This document shows, piece by piece, positions 1 through 7,861 of a stretch of DNA of 26,100 bases (positions within the stretch are counted from its first letter, which is position 1; the number at the start of each line of letters is the position of its first letter). The translations under genes were made by a program, and so were the position numbers. The notes beneath the pieces were generated by a model. The model made no database searches and was not told the origin of the DNA. It was given only the letters and a program-made list of their open reading frames with translations. The stretch spans positions 1 to 26,100 of the forward strand of contig JBHLRS010000045.1 of assembly GCA_048882325.1 (NCBI GenBank). Reading direction: 5' to 3'. This stretch comes from Candidatus Thorarchaeota archaeon. Lineage in GTDB: Archaea; Asgardarchaeota; Thorarchaeia; Thorarchaeales; Thorarchaeaceae.

Positions 1-48
1 AAGAAGAAACTCGCGAAGTCCCTTGCCAACGTTTCAGAGAAAGAGTAG
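1..48 (+). CDS. 3' end of a gene entering from the left edge (KKKLAKSLANVSEKE*)
   Basis: Frame 1 is open from base 1 to TAG at 46-48. Too short to identify. Confidence 0.3.
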   Translation, partial: KKKLAKSLANVSEKE

Positions 49-108
49 CTGTTTTCCTAACCTGCAGGTGTAGGCTACTTGATATTTAGTTCAAGAGAGT
101 ATTACTAA

Positions 109-498
109 GTGAACTATATGACAAAATCCACCCTCAGGGAGAAATTCGATAAAGCAACGACTCTCCTCAAAGACACGAATAATCCTGATGAAGTGACAAC
201 CCTCATCCACAAAACCTCCTGGGTACGTATTCTTCTGGAACATGACATCCAAGAGGGAGATTCATTCTTCATTGAGGTTGAAATGTCTCTCCCTGAGAAT
301 GTTGAATCAAAGGAGTATGACTCATCCGTTCTCATTGACAGACTCTCTGAACATCTGTTATATCTTCAAAGACTGAGGGATGAGGGTTTCGAGTTGTCAG
401 TCATCGGAACTGGGTGCATCTATTGCGCATCAAAGGAGATTCAAGATCCTCCTGAAGACAACCTATTTAGAGCTCTAATTCCACCTGAGACTGAATGA
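109..498 (+). CDS. Hypothetical protein (129 aa; alternative ATG start at 118)
   Basis: ORF with protein-like composition, 18 bp upstream of the co-oriented regulator. No recognised motif. Confidence 0.7.
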   Translation: MNYMTKSTLREKFDKATTLLKDTNNPDEVTTLIHKTSWVRILLEHDIQEGDSFFIEVEMSLPENVESKEYDSSVLIDRLSEHLLYLQRLRDEGFELSVIGTGCIYCASKEIQDPPEDNLFRALIPPETE

Positions 499-516
499 AC
501 AGTCAGGGTGTAGGTT

Positions 517-1431
517 TTGGATTCTATAGACAAGCAAATACTTCTAGCTCTTGATGAAAACTGTAGATTATCATATCAGTCACTTGCAGAGCAACTCGGT
601 CTAACAGCAACTGCCATCAAGAAGAGGATGGATCGACTCAACGAAACTGGAGTCATTGAGGAGTATTCTATCGTTCTCAGATCAGCAATGATGGACTCTG
701 ATTATCTGATTGCACTTCTCTATACAGACGGTTCTGAAAATGAAGAGACCTTCATTGAACAAATCGGATCGAATCTGATGGTTGTCCAAGTAGGCCAGTT
801 AGTGACTAGTGTTGGAAGGCTCTATTTCCTCCATTGCGAGTATGAAGGTGCTGAGGGCCTCCAGAACCTAGGCACCTTTCTCAGGACGATGGACTCGGTC
901 ACTGACATTGAACTTCACACAATTTTGACTTCGCGTGGAGAGAAATTTGAGATCAAGAAGCTCCACCTCAGAGTTCTAAAATATCTTCTTGAGGATGCTC
1001 GTATGCAGGTCAGTGAAATCTCAGAGCAGACTGGATTGACCTCAAGGCGTGTGAGTAGAGCGATTCAGGAAATGCAGGACAGTACAGCATTCTGGTTTGC
1101 GGTGAGGTGGAACTTAAGTCTCGGAAAGAACACAGAGTTCTACCTCAAGATTAAGTATGACGAACAAGCCTCAAGGATGGATGAGATTGATGGATGGCTT
1201 AGGGAAAGATTTCCAAACGCATATTGGTTCTCCTTCTACTCTGCTATGGAACCTGTTCTCTTTGCTAAATTTGTGACCGACCACTTTCGGGAAGCTGAAC
1301 AGATGTCTCGGATTGCTAAGAGCGCTCCCTTCTCAAAGTCAGTTGATGTACTTCTTTCATATCCAGTTAAGAAATTCCCACGTTTGGGACGGATAAAGAT
1401 TGAGGAGATGATCCAAGAAGCTGGAATATAG
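517..1431 (+). CDS. Lrp/AsnC-family transcriptional regulator with two wHTH modules
   Basis: N-terminal AsnC HTH (MDSIDKQILLALDENCRLSYQSLAEQLGLTATAIKKRMDRLNETGVI) and a second internal one (LRVLKYLLEDARMQVSEISEQTGLTSRRVSRAIQEM). Confidence 0.9.
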   Translation: MDSIDKQILLALDENCRLSYQSLAEQLGLTATAIKKRMDRLNETGVIEEYSIVLRSAMMDSDYLIALLYTDGSENEETFIEQIGSNLMVVQVGQLVTSVGRLYFLHCEYEGAEGLQNLGTFLRTMDSVTDIELHTILTSRGEKFEIKKLHLRVLKYLLEDARMQVSEISEQTGLTSRRVSRAIQEMQDSTAFWFAVRWNLSLGKNTEFYLKIKYDEQASRMDEIDGWLRERFPNAYWFSFYSAMEPVLFAKFVTDHFREAEQMSRIAKSAPFSKSVDVLLSYPVKKFPRLGRIKIEEMIQEAGI

Positions 1432-1472
1432 AACCAGTTTCCTTGTTGAGATAGTTTCTAGTGATTGGCCAA

Positions 1473-1595
1473 TTATTTAGGTAGTGGTGTAAGACTAATA
1501 GCTTTAGTTACTGAATTGATAATTCCGTAATATTCCATCAGCAAGACGATAACAATTATGATTAGTACTATGATTACAGGATCCTGTTTGTCCAT
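1473..1595 (-). CDS. Unannotated 40-aa hydrophobic micropeptide P3 (MDKQDPVIIVLIIIVIVLLMEYYGIINSVTKAISLTPLPK)
   Basis: Hand translation: ATG at 1595-1593, TAA at 1475-1473, GGGTG upstream. Same length as P1/P4 and shares the post-TM motif (D/E)xxGI(I/A)(D/N). Confidence 0.7.
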   Translation of the reverse strand: MDKQDPVIIVLIIIVIVLLMEYYGIINSVTKAISLTPLPK

Positions 1596-1622
1596 TCTTT
1601 GTTAACACCCACACAGGCCTAA

Positions 1623-1715
1623 CTATGGTAAGAGCACAATTGTTGATTGTATTAAAATCCACAAGAAGAAAATAACCACAACAAGTATGAAAATTACTGC
1701 ACTACGTTTATCCAA
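1623..1715 (-). CDS. Unannotated 30-aa hydrophobic micropeptide P2 (MDKRSAVIFILVVVIFFLWILIQSTIVLLP)
   Basis: TTG start (alternative TTG at 1718), TAG at 1625-1623. MDKR N-terminus like its neighbours, one TM segment, 27 bp upstream of P3. Confidence 0.55.
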   Translation of the reverse strand: MDKRSAVIFILVVVIFFLWILIQSTIVLLP

Positions 1716-1815
1716 CAATCATAGACACATCAAAAATGCAAAGTTGCAAGTCACTAGTCCTAAATCTGAGTATCATTCGTTTCCTATTTCCAGTGCAGAT
1801 GAACTAGGATGATAT

Positions 1816-1938
1816 TCAGGTAGGACGTGTTGAACCAATACCTGGGATGACATCAGCTATTCCTGTCAAGTCAACAGCCAGGATAAGGATTACAATAACG
1901 ACTACAATCACAATGGCATATAGGATTCTACGATCCAT
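1816..1938 (-). CDS. Unannotated 40-aa hydrophobic micropeptide P1 (MDRRILYAIVIVVVIVILILAVDLTGIADVIPGIGSTRPT)
   Basis: ATG preceded by GGAGGAAGTGATA, TGA stop. 33/40 aa identical to the paralogue at 3667-3789, with synonymous and conservative changes. Confidence 0.85.
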   Translation of the reverse strand: MDRRILYAIVIVVVIVILILAVDLTGIADVIPGIGSTRPT

Positions 1939-1987
1939 TATCACTTCCTCCCAAGGACACGAGTAGTTTCAGTATCTACCTGAGGTT

Positions 1988-1996
1988 CCTTAAAAA
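1988..1996 (-). promoter_or_regulatory. Putative TATA box (TTTTTAAGG) of micropeptide P1
   Basis: About 50 bp upstream of the ATG. Conserved in repeat copy B (3839-3847, CTTTTAAGG). Similar to the CTTAAGG boxes upstream of both ssb genes. Confidence 0.55.
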
Positions 1997-2049
1997 TTCA
2001 TCTAACCTCTAAGCTTGATTCATCGTCATCCTTTGTATCAGAATGGTAT

Positions 2050-2086
2050 TTCTCATCAGAGAACAAGATTTTTCTCTCATGAGAGA
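2050..2086. promoter_or_regulatory. Two palindromes in the P1/TPR divergent intergenic region
   Basis: TTCTC-ATCA-GAGAA (2050-2063) and a perfect 14-bp TCTCTCATGAGAGA (2073-2086), centres 23 bp apart. Confidence 0.35.
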
Positions 2087-2129
2087 TAGAATGTCTAGTT
2101 AGGATATCCGTCTAAGAGGGAATAGAAAG

Positions 2130-3599
2130 ATGGAACCAATTGGGACGATAACCTCATACTTCACTTACATCGATGAAGAAACAAAGACTGTATTGGAGAA
2201 TGTAATGAAGGCAGCGTCAGACTATGATGACTTCGTGAGTAGACTTGGTGAATTAGTTCTCAACACCGAAAGTCCAGTAATGGTGGTGTATTTTGCTATT
2301 CATCATTCAATTCTTACTTTGAACTACAAGCTCATTGACCAAATCAGGGAGAAATACGGTGGGCTTCAGATACTAGGTCCAAATCTGTTCATGTCATCAG
2401 CATTTCAAGGTAAATATGAGGATGTAAAGAAAGTTCACAAACTAGCTGATGCAGTCCTCGCAACTAATCCAGAAGACTGGGTTGCACTCGAAATGCATTT
2501 TATGAAGTTCGAGGCTGATATGAGCAACTATCCCACAACTATGTATCAGACATCGACAATGGACAGTATTCGTGCGCTTATTGATGGAGATTCCAGATTT
2601 GGACTGTATGATGCGATTCTGCAGGATTATCTAGCAATCCGAGCACATGCAGATGGAAACTATGATGAACGGATTCGATGCATAAACAAAGCTCTACGCA
2701 TTGCAGAGAAGTTCGATGATAGGCTCAGAGTTGCTCACTTTCTTATAAGAAAAGCAAATATCATTTTGAACCAAGATAGAGTCGAAGCTCGAGAACTGTT
2801 GGAACAAGCCTATGAGGTTGTTGATTCTTCTCTTAGAGTTCCTGCATTTTACGAAGCAATTATTGACAAACTGGCTCTCATTAATGCTGTTAGGGGCGAG
2901 TTCGATATGGCGATACGTCGTTTTCTAAGAGTTGTATCAATTAGAGAGAGGTCTGGTTTGAACAGCGGAAACGCATCTTGGTATCTTTCAACCTTATACA
3001 ATATAGTAGGTGAACCTGATTCCGGTCTTGAATGGGCATCCATGGCTGAGGACCAACTAAAGAGCAGACCAATTCTGATGACACGGGCAACTCTCAATCA
3101 AGTGTGGTCCCTTGTCCTCTTGAAAAGATTATCAGAAGCTCAACTATTGCTTGAATCAATTCGGGAATCTGTTTTGAAGTCTGGTGTTGAAGACCAGCTT
3201 GCATGGCTATACTTTGTATCTGGAATCATGGAGATGGCACAGGGTGACTACCAACTAGCTTCGAGTAGTATTGAACAAGGACTTAGGATCTATGAGCAGC
3301 TAAAAGCAGGACACCTTATGGAACTCATCTTTCTGTATCAGCTAGCAAAGACCGAGGTCTATTCCTCTATGTCAGAAGACATCGTATCCCCATCACTTGC
3401 AATCCTAGAAGACAAAGCAGTTACTGAAGACTTGCCTGGATTTCTGGGACAGGTACTTCTGCTCAAAGCAGATATAGCACTCTTGATGAACGATGAAGAT
3501 TCGTTAAGAGAAATTGTTCTTCAGCTTCAACCTCTCTCTGAGAAGGAGAATCTACAATTTCTGAAATCCAATTATGATAGATTATTATCGAAACTGTAG
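2130..3599 (+). CDS. Tetratricopeptide-repeat (TPR-like) all-helical protein, 489 aa
   Basis: Repeated TPR-like units (LALINAVRGEFDMAIRRFLRVVSI; LSTLYNIVGEPDSGLEWASMA; SGIMEMAQGDYQLASSSIEQGLRIY). No signal peptide, HTH or catalytic motif recognised. Confidence 0.85.
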   Translation: MEPIGTITSYFTYIDEETKTVLENVMKAASDYDDFVSRLGELVLNTESPVMVVYFAIHHSILTLNYKLIDQIREKYGGLQILGPNLFMSSAFQGKYEDVKKVHKLADAVLATNPEDWVALEMHFMKFEADMSNYPTTMYQTSTMDSIRALIDGDSRFGLYDAILQDYLAIRAHADGNYDERIRCINKALRIAEKFDDRLRVAHFLIRKANIILNQDRVEARELLEQAYEVVDSSLRVPAFYEAIIDKLALINAVRGEFDMAIRRFLRVVSIRERSGLNSGNASWYLSTLYNIVGEPDSGLEWASMAEDQLKSRPILMTRATLNQVWSLVLLKRLSEAQLLLESIRESVLKSGVEDQLAWLYFVSGIMEMAQGDYQLASSSIEQGLRIYEQLKAGHLMELIFLYQLAKTEVYSSMSEDIVSPSLAILEDKAVTEDLPGFLGQVLLLKADIALLMNDEDSLREIVLQLQPLSEKENLQFLKSNYDRLLSKL

Positions 3600-3666
3600 G
3601 TTTCTCTACCTGATTCAGACTATCAGTTACCTCAGGTTTCACGATGCAGATAGGTTACAACGCTTT

Positions 3667-3789
3667 TTAGTCAGGACGCGTTGGACCAATACCTGGGATA
3701 ACATCGATTATTCCTGTCAAGTCAAGAGCCAGAATAAAGATTACAATGAGAATAACAATCACAATGGCATATAGGATTCTACGATCCAT
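3667..3789 (-). CDS. Unannotated 40-aa hydrophobic micropeptide P4 (MDRRILYAIVIVILIVIFILALDLTGIIDVIPGIGPTRPD)
   Basis: ATG preceded by GGAGGAAGTGATA. TAA stop at the same codon position as the TGA of P1. Confidence 0.85.
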   Translation of the reverse strand: MDRRILYAIVIVILIVIFILALDLTGIIDVIPGIGPTRPD

Positions 3790-3860
3790 TATCACTTCCT
3801 CCTAGGGACACGTGTAGTCTCATAATCTGTTTGAGGTTCCTTAAAAGTTCATCTCTAAGC
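3667..3860. repeat. Direct repeat copy B (micropeptide ORF + RBS + promoter)
   Basis: Paralogous to 1816-2014. Confidence 0.95.
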
Positions 3861-3905
3861 CGCGACGTTCTGTCGTGTTCTATCATCTCTTACGGATGTT
3901 CCTAG

Positions 3906-6900
3906 TCATCGTTTGCGCTTATATATAATCACCACGGCTATTACCATTCCAACTGCGAATCCTGCAAGAATAACCAATTCAATTAGAGAACCCTCTGGAC
4001 GTGTGGTATTGAAAACCATACCACCAATCAAATGGTAATCACTATAGAGCTCGATCTTGAATAGCGTGCCTAATTCAGGTTCCTGTGACGGTGAGACCAG
4101 GTAGATTCTTGCATTCTCATTTGTGTCAGCTGTTATGCGAAACCAGGTGTAATCCAAAATCGATGAATTCCAAACATCACCACCCTGTACTAGTTGTGTC
4201 ACTTTTACAGTGATGTACGCAGAGCTATTGGTCGGATTCCCAACATCGAAAGATCTCTCACCCGGTGAATGCATTTCGATGACCTCCGTATTTTCGTAGC
4301 CAACGTTATCGGATCTATCTTCATGTATTTCTCTGCTTGGATCAATCACCACTTTCAGACAGACATTAGGTATTGTTGGTACAAAGTTTTTGAAAGTTAC
4401 AGTAGTAGATTGTCCAAAATCGAGACTTGGAATTTGCTCTTTACCAAACTTTGTCCATGTAGATGCTCCACCAAATGACGCATAATAGAGAGTAGCATAT
4501 ACACCTGAGGCATGATAGCCCCTGTTATACACTGTGACTTCGATATCATTTGGTTCGTTTTGCTTCAATCTTAGTCGCTCTTTGTATATCCCATCTTTCT
4601 CTCGAAAGATCTTGATGTCTGGGTTGTCCCATACCAGTTTCAACTGACCCCATGTACTTTCATCATCTTGAGAGTACATATACAAGTCATGAGGATATTC
4701 CTGAACGCGGCTTTGGAAACAGAAGACTGTTGCAGCAAGACCCGTATCACTGACTAACAATACGTTTGAGTAGTTAGTCTTTTGCGTCTTCACTCTCCAG
4801 GGTATGGCATTGTTAGGACTTTCATTAGGTATTACAACGGTCCCATCGATTATTACATCGATATTGGATCCATATGGAAATCCGGAAGGAAAGAAGTAAA
4901 TTTCTGTATTATCAACCACTGAGATAATTTCATGACCATGTGAAACACTAGACTGCGAGAAGCTGATTTCTAATCCCGCTGTGCTGTCAATTACAGGAAT
5001 GCTACCGATATGGGGTATGAAGTTGTGCTTTGTCACAACAATACTGATGGGAGTGCCATCAGCTGAAGGTGCGAGCTCGAAGAGGGCTTGTCCATTGCCA
5101 TCAGTATATTCAACTTCATAGATATGTTCTCCCTGTTTAAGACACACCTTGGCAAATTTAACAGGAGTAGTTCCGTCCTTTGTCACAGTCACTGCAAAAG
5201 CTTGAGGATCAGAGGTTCCAACTGTGTATGGATAAGATACAACGAGACCCTCTGGTTTATCAGTCCAGAGTTCTAGTTCAGGGTCTCCAAAAAGATGAAA
5301 CACCTCGACGGTTGTCCGGGGCACCTCCTGTCTATCATGGAGTGTACCCCATTGCTGAACAGCATATAGTTTACCGTAAATTAATGCAGTTCCCATATTA
5401 TAGATTGGTTGGTTTGTAGATCCAAGGAATCCCGGCCAGAATGCCTGTATGAGTCCATCCAGTAGATGTCCACTATTGAGAGAGTATCCAATACGTGATG
5501 CTGCGATTGCTGCGACAGCGCCATCATGACTATCTACATCTGCATACCTAGTGATTAGCTCTGCAAAGCTCTCATCTTGATGATCGGCATATGGGTTAGA
5601 TTGACCAATAGGATCAGGTCCAAGAAGACCATAGATCGTGTCCAAGTCCAAATAGGCTTCATCTACTTCTCCATCAAACCATCCACTGTTGCATGCCATA
5701 CTCACAACAAGAGGTGTGTACTCTTGGTTATCAAGACCTGAGAAATCATCACCATTGAAGTAAGGTGAGAGCCATCCCTCAATAATTTCCCTATCATTTT
5801 CACTATCCCAACCATTAGCATTGGTGTCGAACCTATGGATCATATTGTTGGACCCGCCATGGGAATAATATAACACAAGGAATTTTCCGTCGGTAAAGTT
5901 ACCTATGACCATTGGCCCGGAATCATCGAATGATTCTTGGTCACTATACCCATCATGCCAATAGAAATTTGGATCACCTAGATCTGGATGGTCTACTACC
6001 AGGTCTGATTCGATATTAAGAAAATCGAGTACATCGTGAAACTGAACAGGATATTTATGATCTTTAAAATCGCCAGTGGCTGAATAAACGTACTCCACTT
6101 CTTTGCCATAAGTTACTTCAAGGTAATGTCTGATTCTCTCCATATTATAGACGAACGGAAAGTTCGGATTTTCAACTCCATTGAAGTTTAGATCTTCAAA
6201 TTTCGATGCAGACAGAATTCCTTTGTAGAACGATTCAGAGTCTGGAGGAAACTGCTCATAATTGAGAATCTTGTTGACTATGACATTGGCTTCGGCGGCA
6301 TTGTCCACTGAAATCCGGCCATAGATTATATCAGGGAAATATTCCTCTCCCTCAATATTGAAATATCCCAAATCTGAGGCTATGTATCCAGTATCTCGTT
6401 GAATGCTATCCTCCACTGTGACAGGTTCATAGTACTTGTATCTGGCAATCCCTTTCTTGAATTCTGCTTCATGCTGCATATTATAGGTGGTTGGTATTCT
6501 ATCAACATCTCCGAAAAGCAATACATAGGTCGGTGCAGGATACCAGTAATCATATGCGTACCGAATCAAATCTTGAATATCAGTTGTAGTTTCCCAATTG
6601 GTTTCTACCATTGCTGGAACACCCTTCAATGTTTTCCACTCTGCTAAGCGTTCCGCTTCAACCTTTAATTCATCATCAGTAGTAATGATAAGGTACTCAA
6701 CACCAGGCTCCTTGCCCACCGGTATTGAATCCGATGCCAGGGTGAAGTTGGTCTTCCCTGCAAGTGGTCCGGTCAGCATATTCATCGGCTCATAGTTCAA
6801 GAGAAGGTTCGACATGATACGCTCATATGCATCAGAGCGTAAGGAGTCTGGAATTGGGTCTATCTGGGCAGGTACATCGTATTTCACCTTGGCTATTATT

Positions 6901-7694
6901 TTTGAGTGAATTACGGTTTCATTTGTTAGAGGATTGTATTGAATGGGATTGAAGTTTAGTGCTAGTAATCTATGACCTCTGATAAGGGCTGGCGCTGATC
7001 CATTTGCTCCACCTACTATTCCGGCTTCGCTTACCGGGAAGAAGTCTGTAGAATAAACCGGACCTTTGACTGTTGGAAGAGTCATATCAATCTCTGCATC
7101 GGTCAAATGGGTTGCATTTAGACGCCCCACAAAACTTAGTGGGACTTGAGGTGGTGAGGCTGGTCTTATGTAGAAGCCAGTCAGATTCTGAACTGCCGTT
7201 GCTGTTGCTAGAACCTCAATAGATGCATCGACACCATGGGGAATCTCAACAAATTCTGACAATACAGGGACCATTGGTGTTGCATTTTCATGATTGAGTG
7301 TAGTTCCTGGCATGTCTAAGGCATCGTACGTGTTCCCATCTATTGTGACGTTGCGTCTCCAGAAACCATAGAAATCTGCAATAATTGTGATTCCAGTTGT
7401 ATCTGAAATTGTGACATGAGCCTCGGCTGGAGTCCCTGGGGTGCTATTATCATAGGCATACCATACTCTACTCTGAGCCAAAACTTGGCTGACTTCGAAC
7501 GGTCTAGTCTGATACGACTGAGGAATGAGATCTGTCACATCCAAAACGCGTCGACTTGGTGCATTGCTAACCTGTAACATCGACGTGGATGATATAACGA
7601 ACATAACTGCAAAGACAATCGCTAACGACTTCAAAAACAGCTCTCTATGAAACCAGTTTACCTTCTTCATGTTACTCCACCACACGCGCATCAA
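3906..7694 (-). CDS. Secreted, C-terminally membrane-anchored C25 (gingipain-family) cysteine peptidase with propeptide and Ig/CARDB-like domains
   Basis: N-terminal hydrophobic signal. C25 motifs EYLIIT, LAEWKTLKG, YVLLFGD, SDLGY, PDIIYGRI, KILNYE, catalytic YSHG and ACNSG, and HLFGDP. C-terminal TM plus KRKR. True start may be Met at 7670. Confidence 0.9.
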   Translation of the reverse strand: MMRVWWSNMKKVNWFHRELFLKSLAIVFAVMFVISSTSMLQVSNAPSRRVLDVTDLIPQSYQTRPFEVSQVLAQSRVWYAYDNSTPGTPAEAHVTISDTTGITIIADFYGFWRRNVTIDGNTYDALDMPGTTLNHENATPMVPVLSEFVEIPHGVDASIEVLATATAVQNLTGFYIRPASPPQVPLSFVGRLNATHLTDAEIDMTLPTVKGPVYSTDFFPVSEAGIVGGANGSAPALIRGHRLLALNFNPIQYNPLTNETVIHSKIIAKVKYDVPAQIDPIPDSLRSDAYERIMSNLLLNYEPMNMLTGPLAGKTNFTLASDSIPVGKEPGVEYLIITTDDELKVEAERLAEWKTLKGVPAMVETNWETTTDIQDLIRYAYDYWYPAPTYVLLFGDVDRIPTTYNMQHEAEFKKGIARYKYYEPVTVEDSIQRDTGYIASDLGYFNIEGEEYFPDIIYGRISVDNAAEANVIVNKILNYEQFPPDSESFYKGILSASKFEDLNFNGVENPNFPFVYNMERIRHYLEVTYGKEVEYVYSATGDFKDHKYPVQFHDVLDFLNIESDLVVDHPDLGDPNFYWHDGYSDQESFDDSGPMVIGNFTDGKFLVLYYSHGGSNNMIHRFDTNANGWDSENDREIIEGWLSPYFNGDDFSGLDNQEYTPLVVSMACNSGWFDGEVDEAYLDLDTIYGLLGPDPIGQSNPYADHQDESFAELITRYADVDSHDGAVAAIAASRIGYSLNSGHLLDGLIQAFWPGFLGSTNQPIYNMGTALIYGKLYAVQQWGTLHDRQEVPRTTVEVFHLFGDPELELWTDKPEGLVVSYPYTVGTSDPQAFAVTVTKDGTTPVKFAKVCLKQGEHIYEVEYTDGNGQALFELAPSADGTPISIVVTKHNFIPHIGSIPVIDSTAGLEISFSQSSVSHGHEIISVVDNTEIYFFPSGFPYGSNIDVIIDGTVVIPNESPNNAIPWRVKTQKTNYSNVLLVSDTGLAATVFCFQSRVQEYPHDLYMYSQDDESTWGQLKLVWDNPDIKIFREKDGIYKERLRLKQNEPNDIEVTVYNRGYHASGVYATLYYASFGGASTWTKFGKEQIPSLDFGQSTTVTFKNFVPTIPNVCLKVVIDPSREIHEDRSDNVGYENTEVIEMHSPGERSFDVGNPTNSSAYITVKVTQLVQGGDVWNSSILDYTWFRITADTNENARIYLVSPSQEPELGTLFKIELYSDYHLIGGMVFNTTRPEGSLIELVILAGFAVGMVIAVVIIYKRKR

Positions 7695-7861
7695 ATGTAT
7701 ACTTCATCAACTCTGATTAATAAAGCGCATTATTCTGTGCATAAGCTCCAAATAATCCACTGCGTATTTTCTTTCACACGCACTAATAAACTGCAAAACA
7801 TATTATTGATTTACAACAAAGTGTATGGAATTTAGCGCAATCCGTTTGATAATAGATGTAA

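Larger units (their letters stand above)
1816..2014. repeat. Direct repeat copy A (~195 bp: micropeptide ORF + RBS + promoter)
   Basis: Aligns to 3667-3860 at an offset of 1851 bp, ungapped except for a ~5-nt indel at the distal end. Confidence 0.95.

Noticed and set aside
3574-3774. 66-aa plus-strand ORF from the track
   Set aside because: Antisense shadow of micropeptide P4. The equivalent frame in repeat copy A is broken by a stop, while the minus-strand frame has an RBS and conserved length.
1473-3789. Micropeptides as type IV pilins/archaellins or lipoproteins
   Set aside because: No class III signal cleavage motif (K/R-G/A followed by the hydrophobic stretch) and no lipobox Cys.
1816-3860. 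Repeats as IS ends, att sites or a CRISPR-like array
   Set aside because: No transposase or integrase, no terminal inverted repeats, only two long copies, and the substitutions follow a coding pattern.
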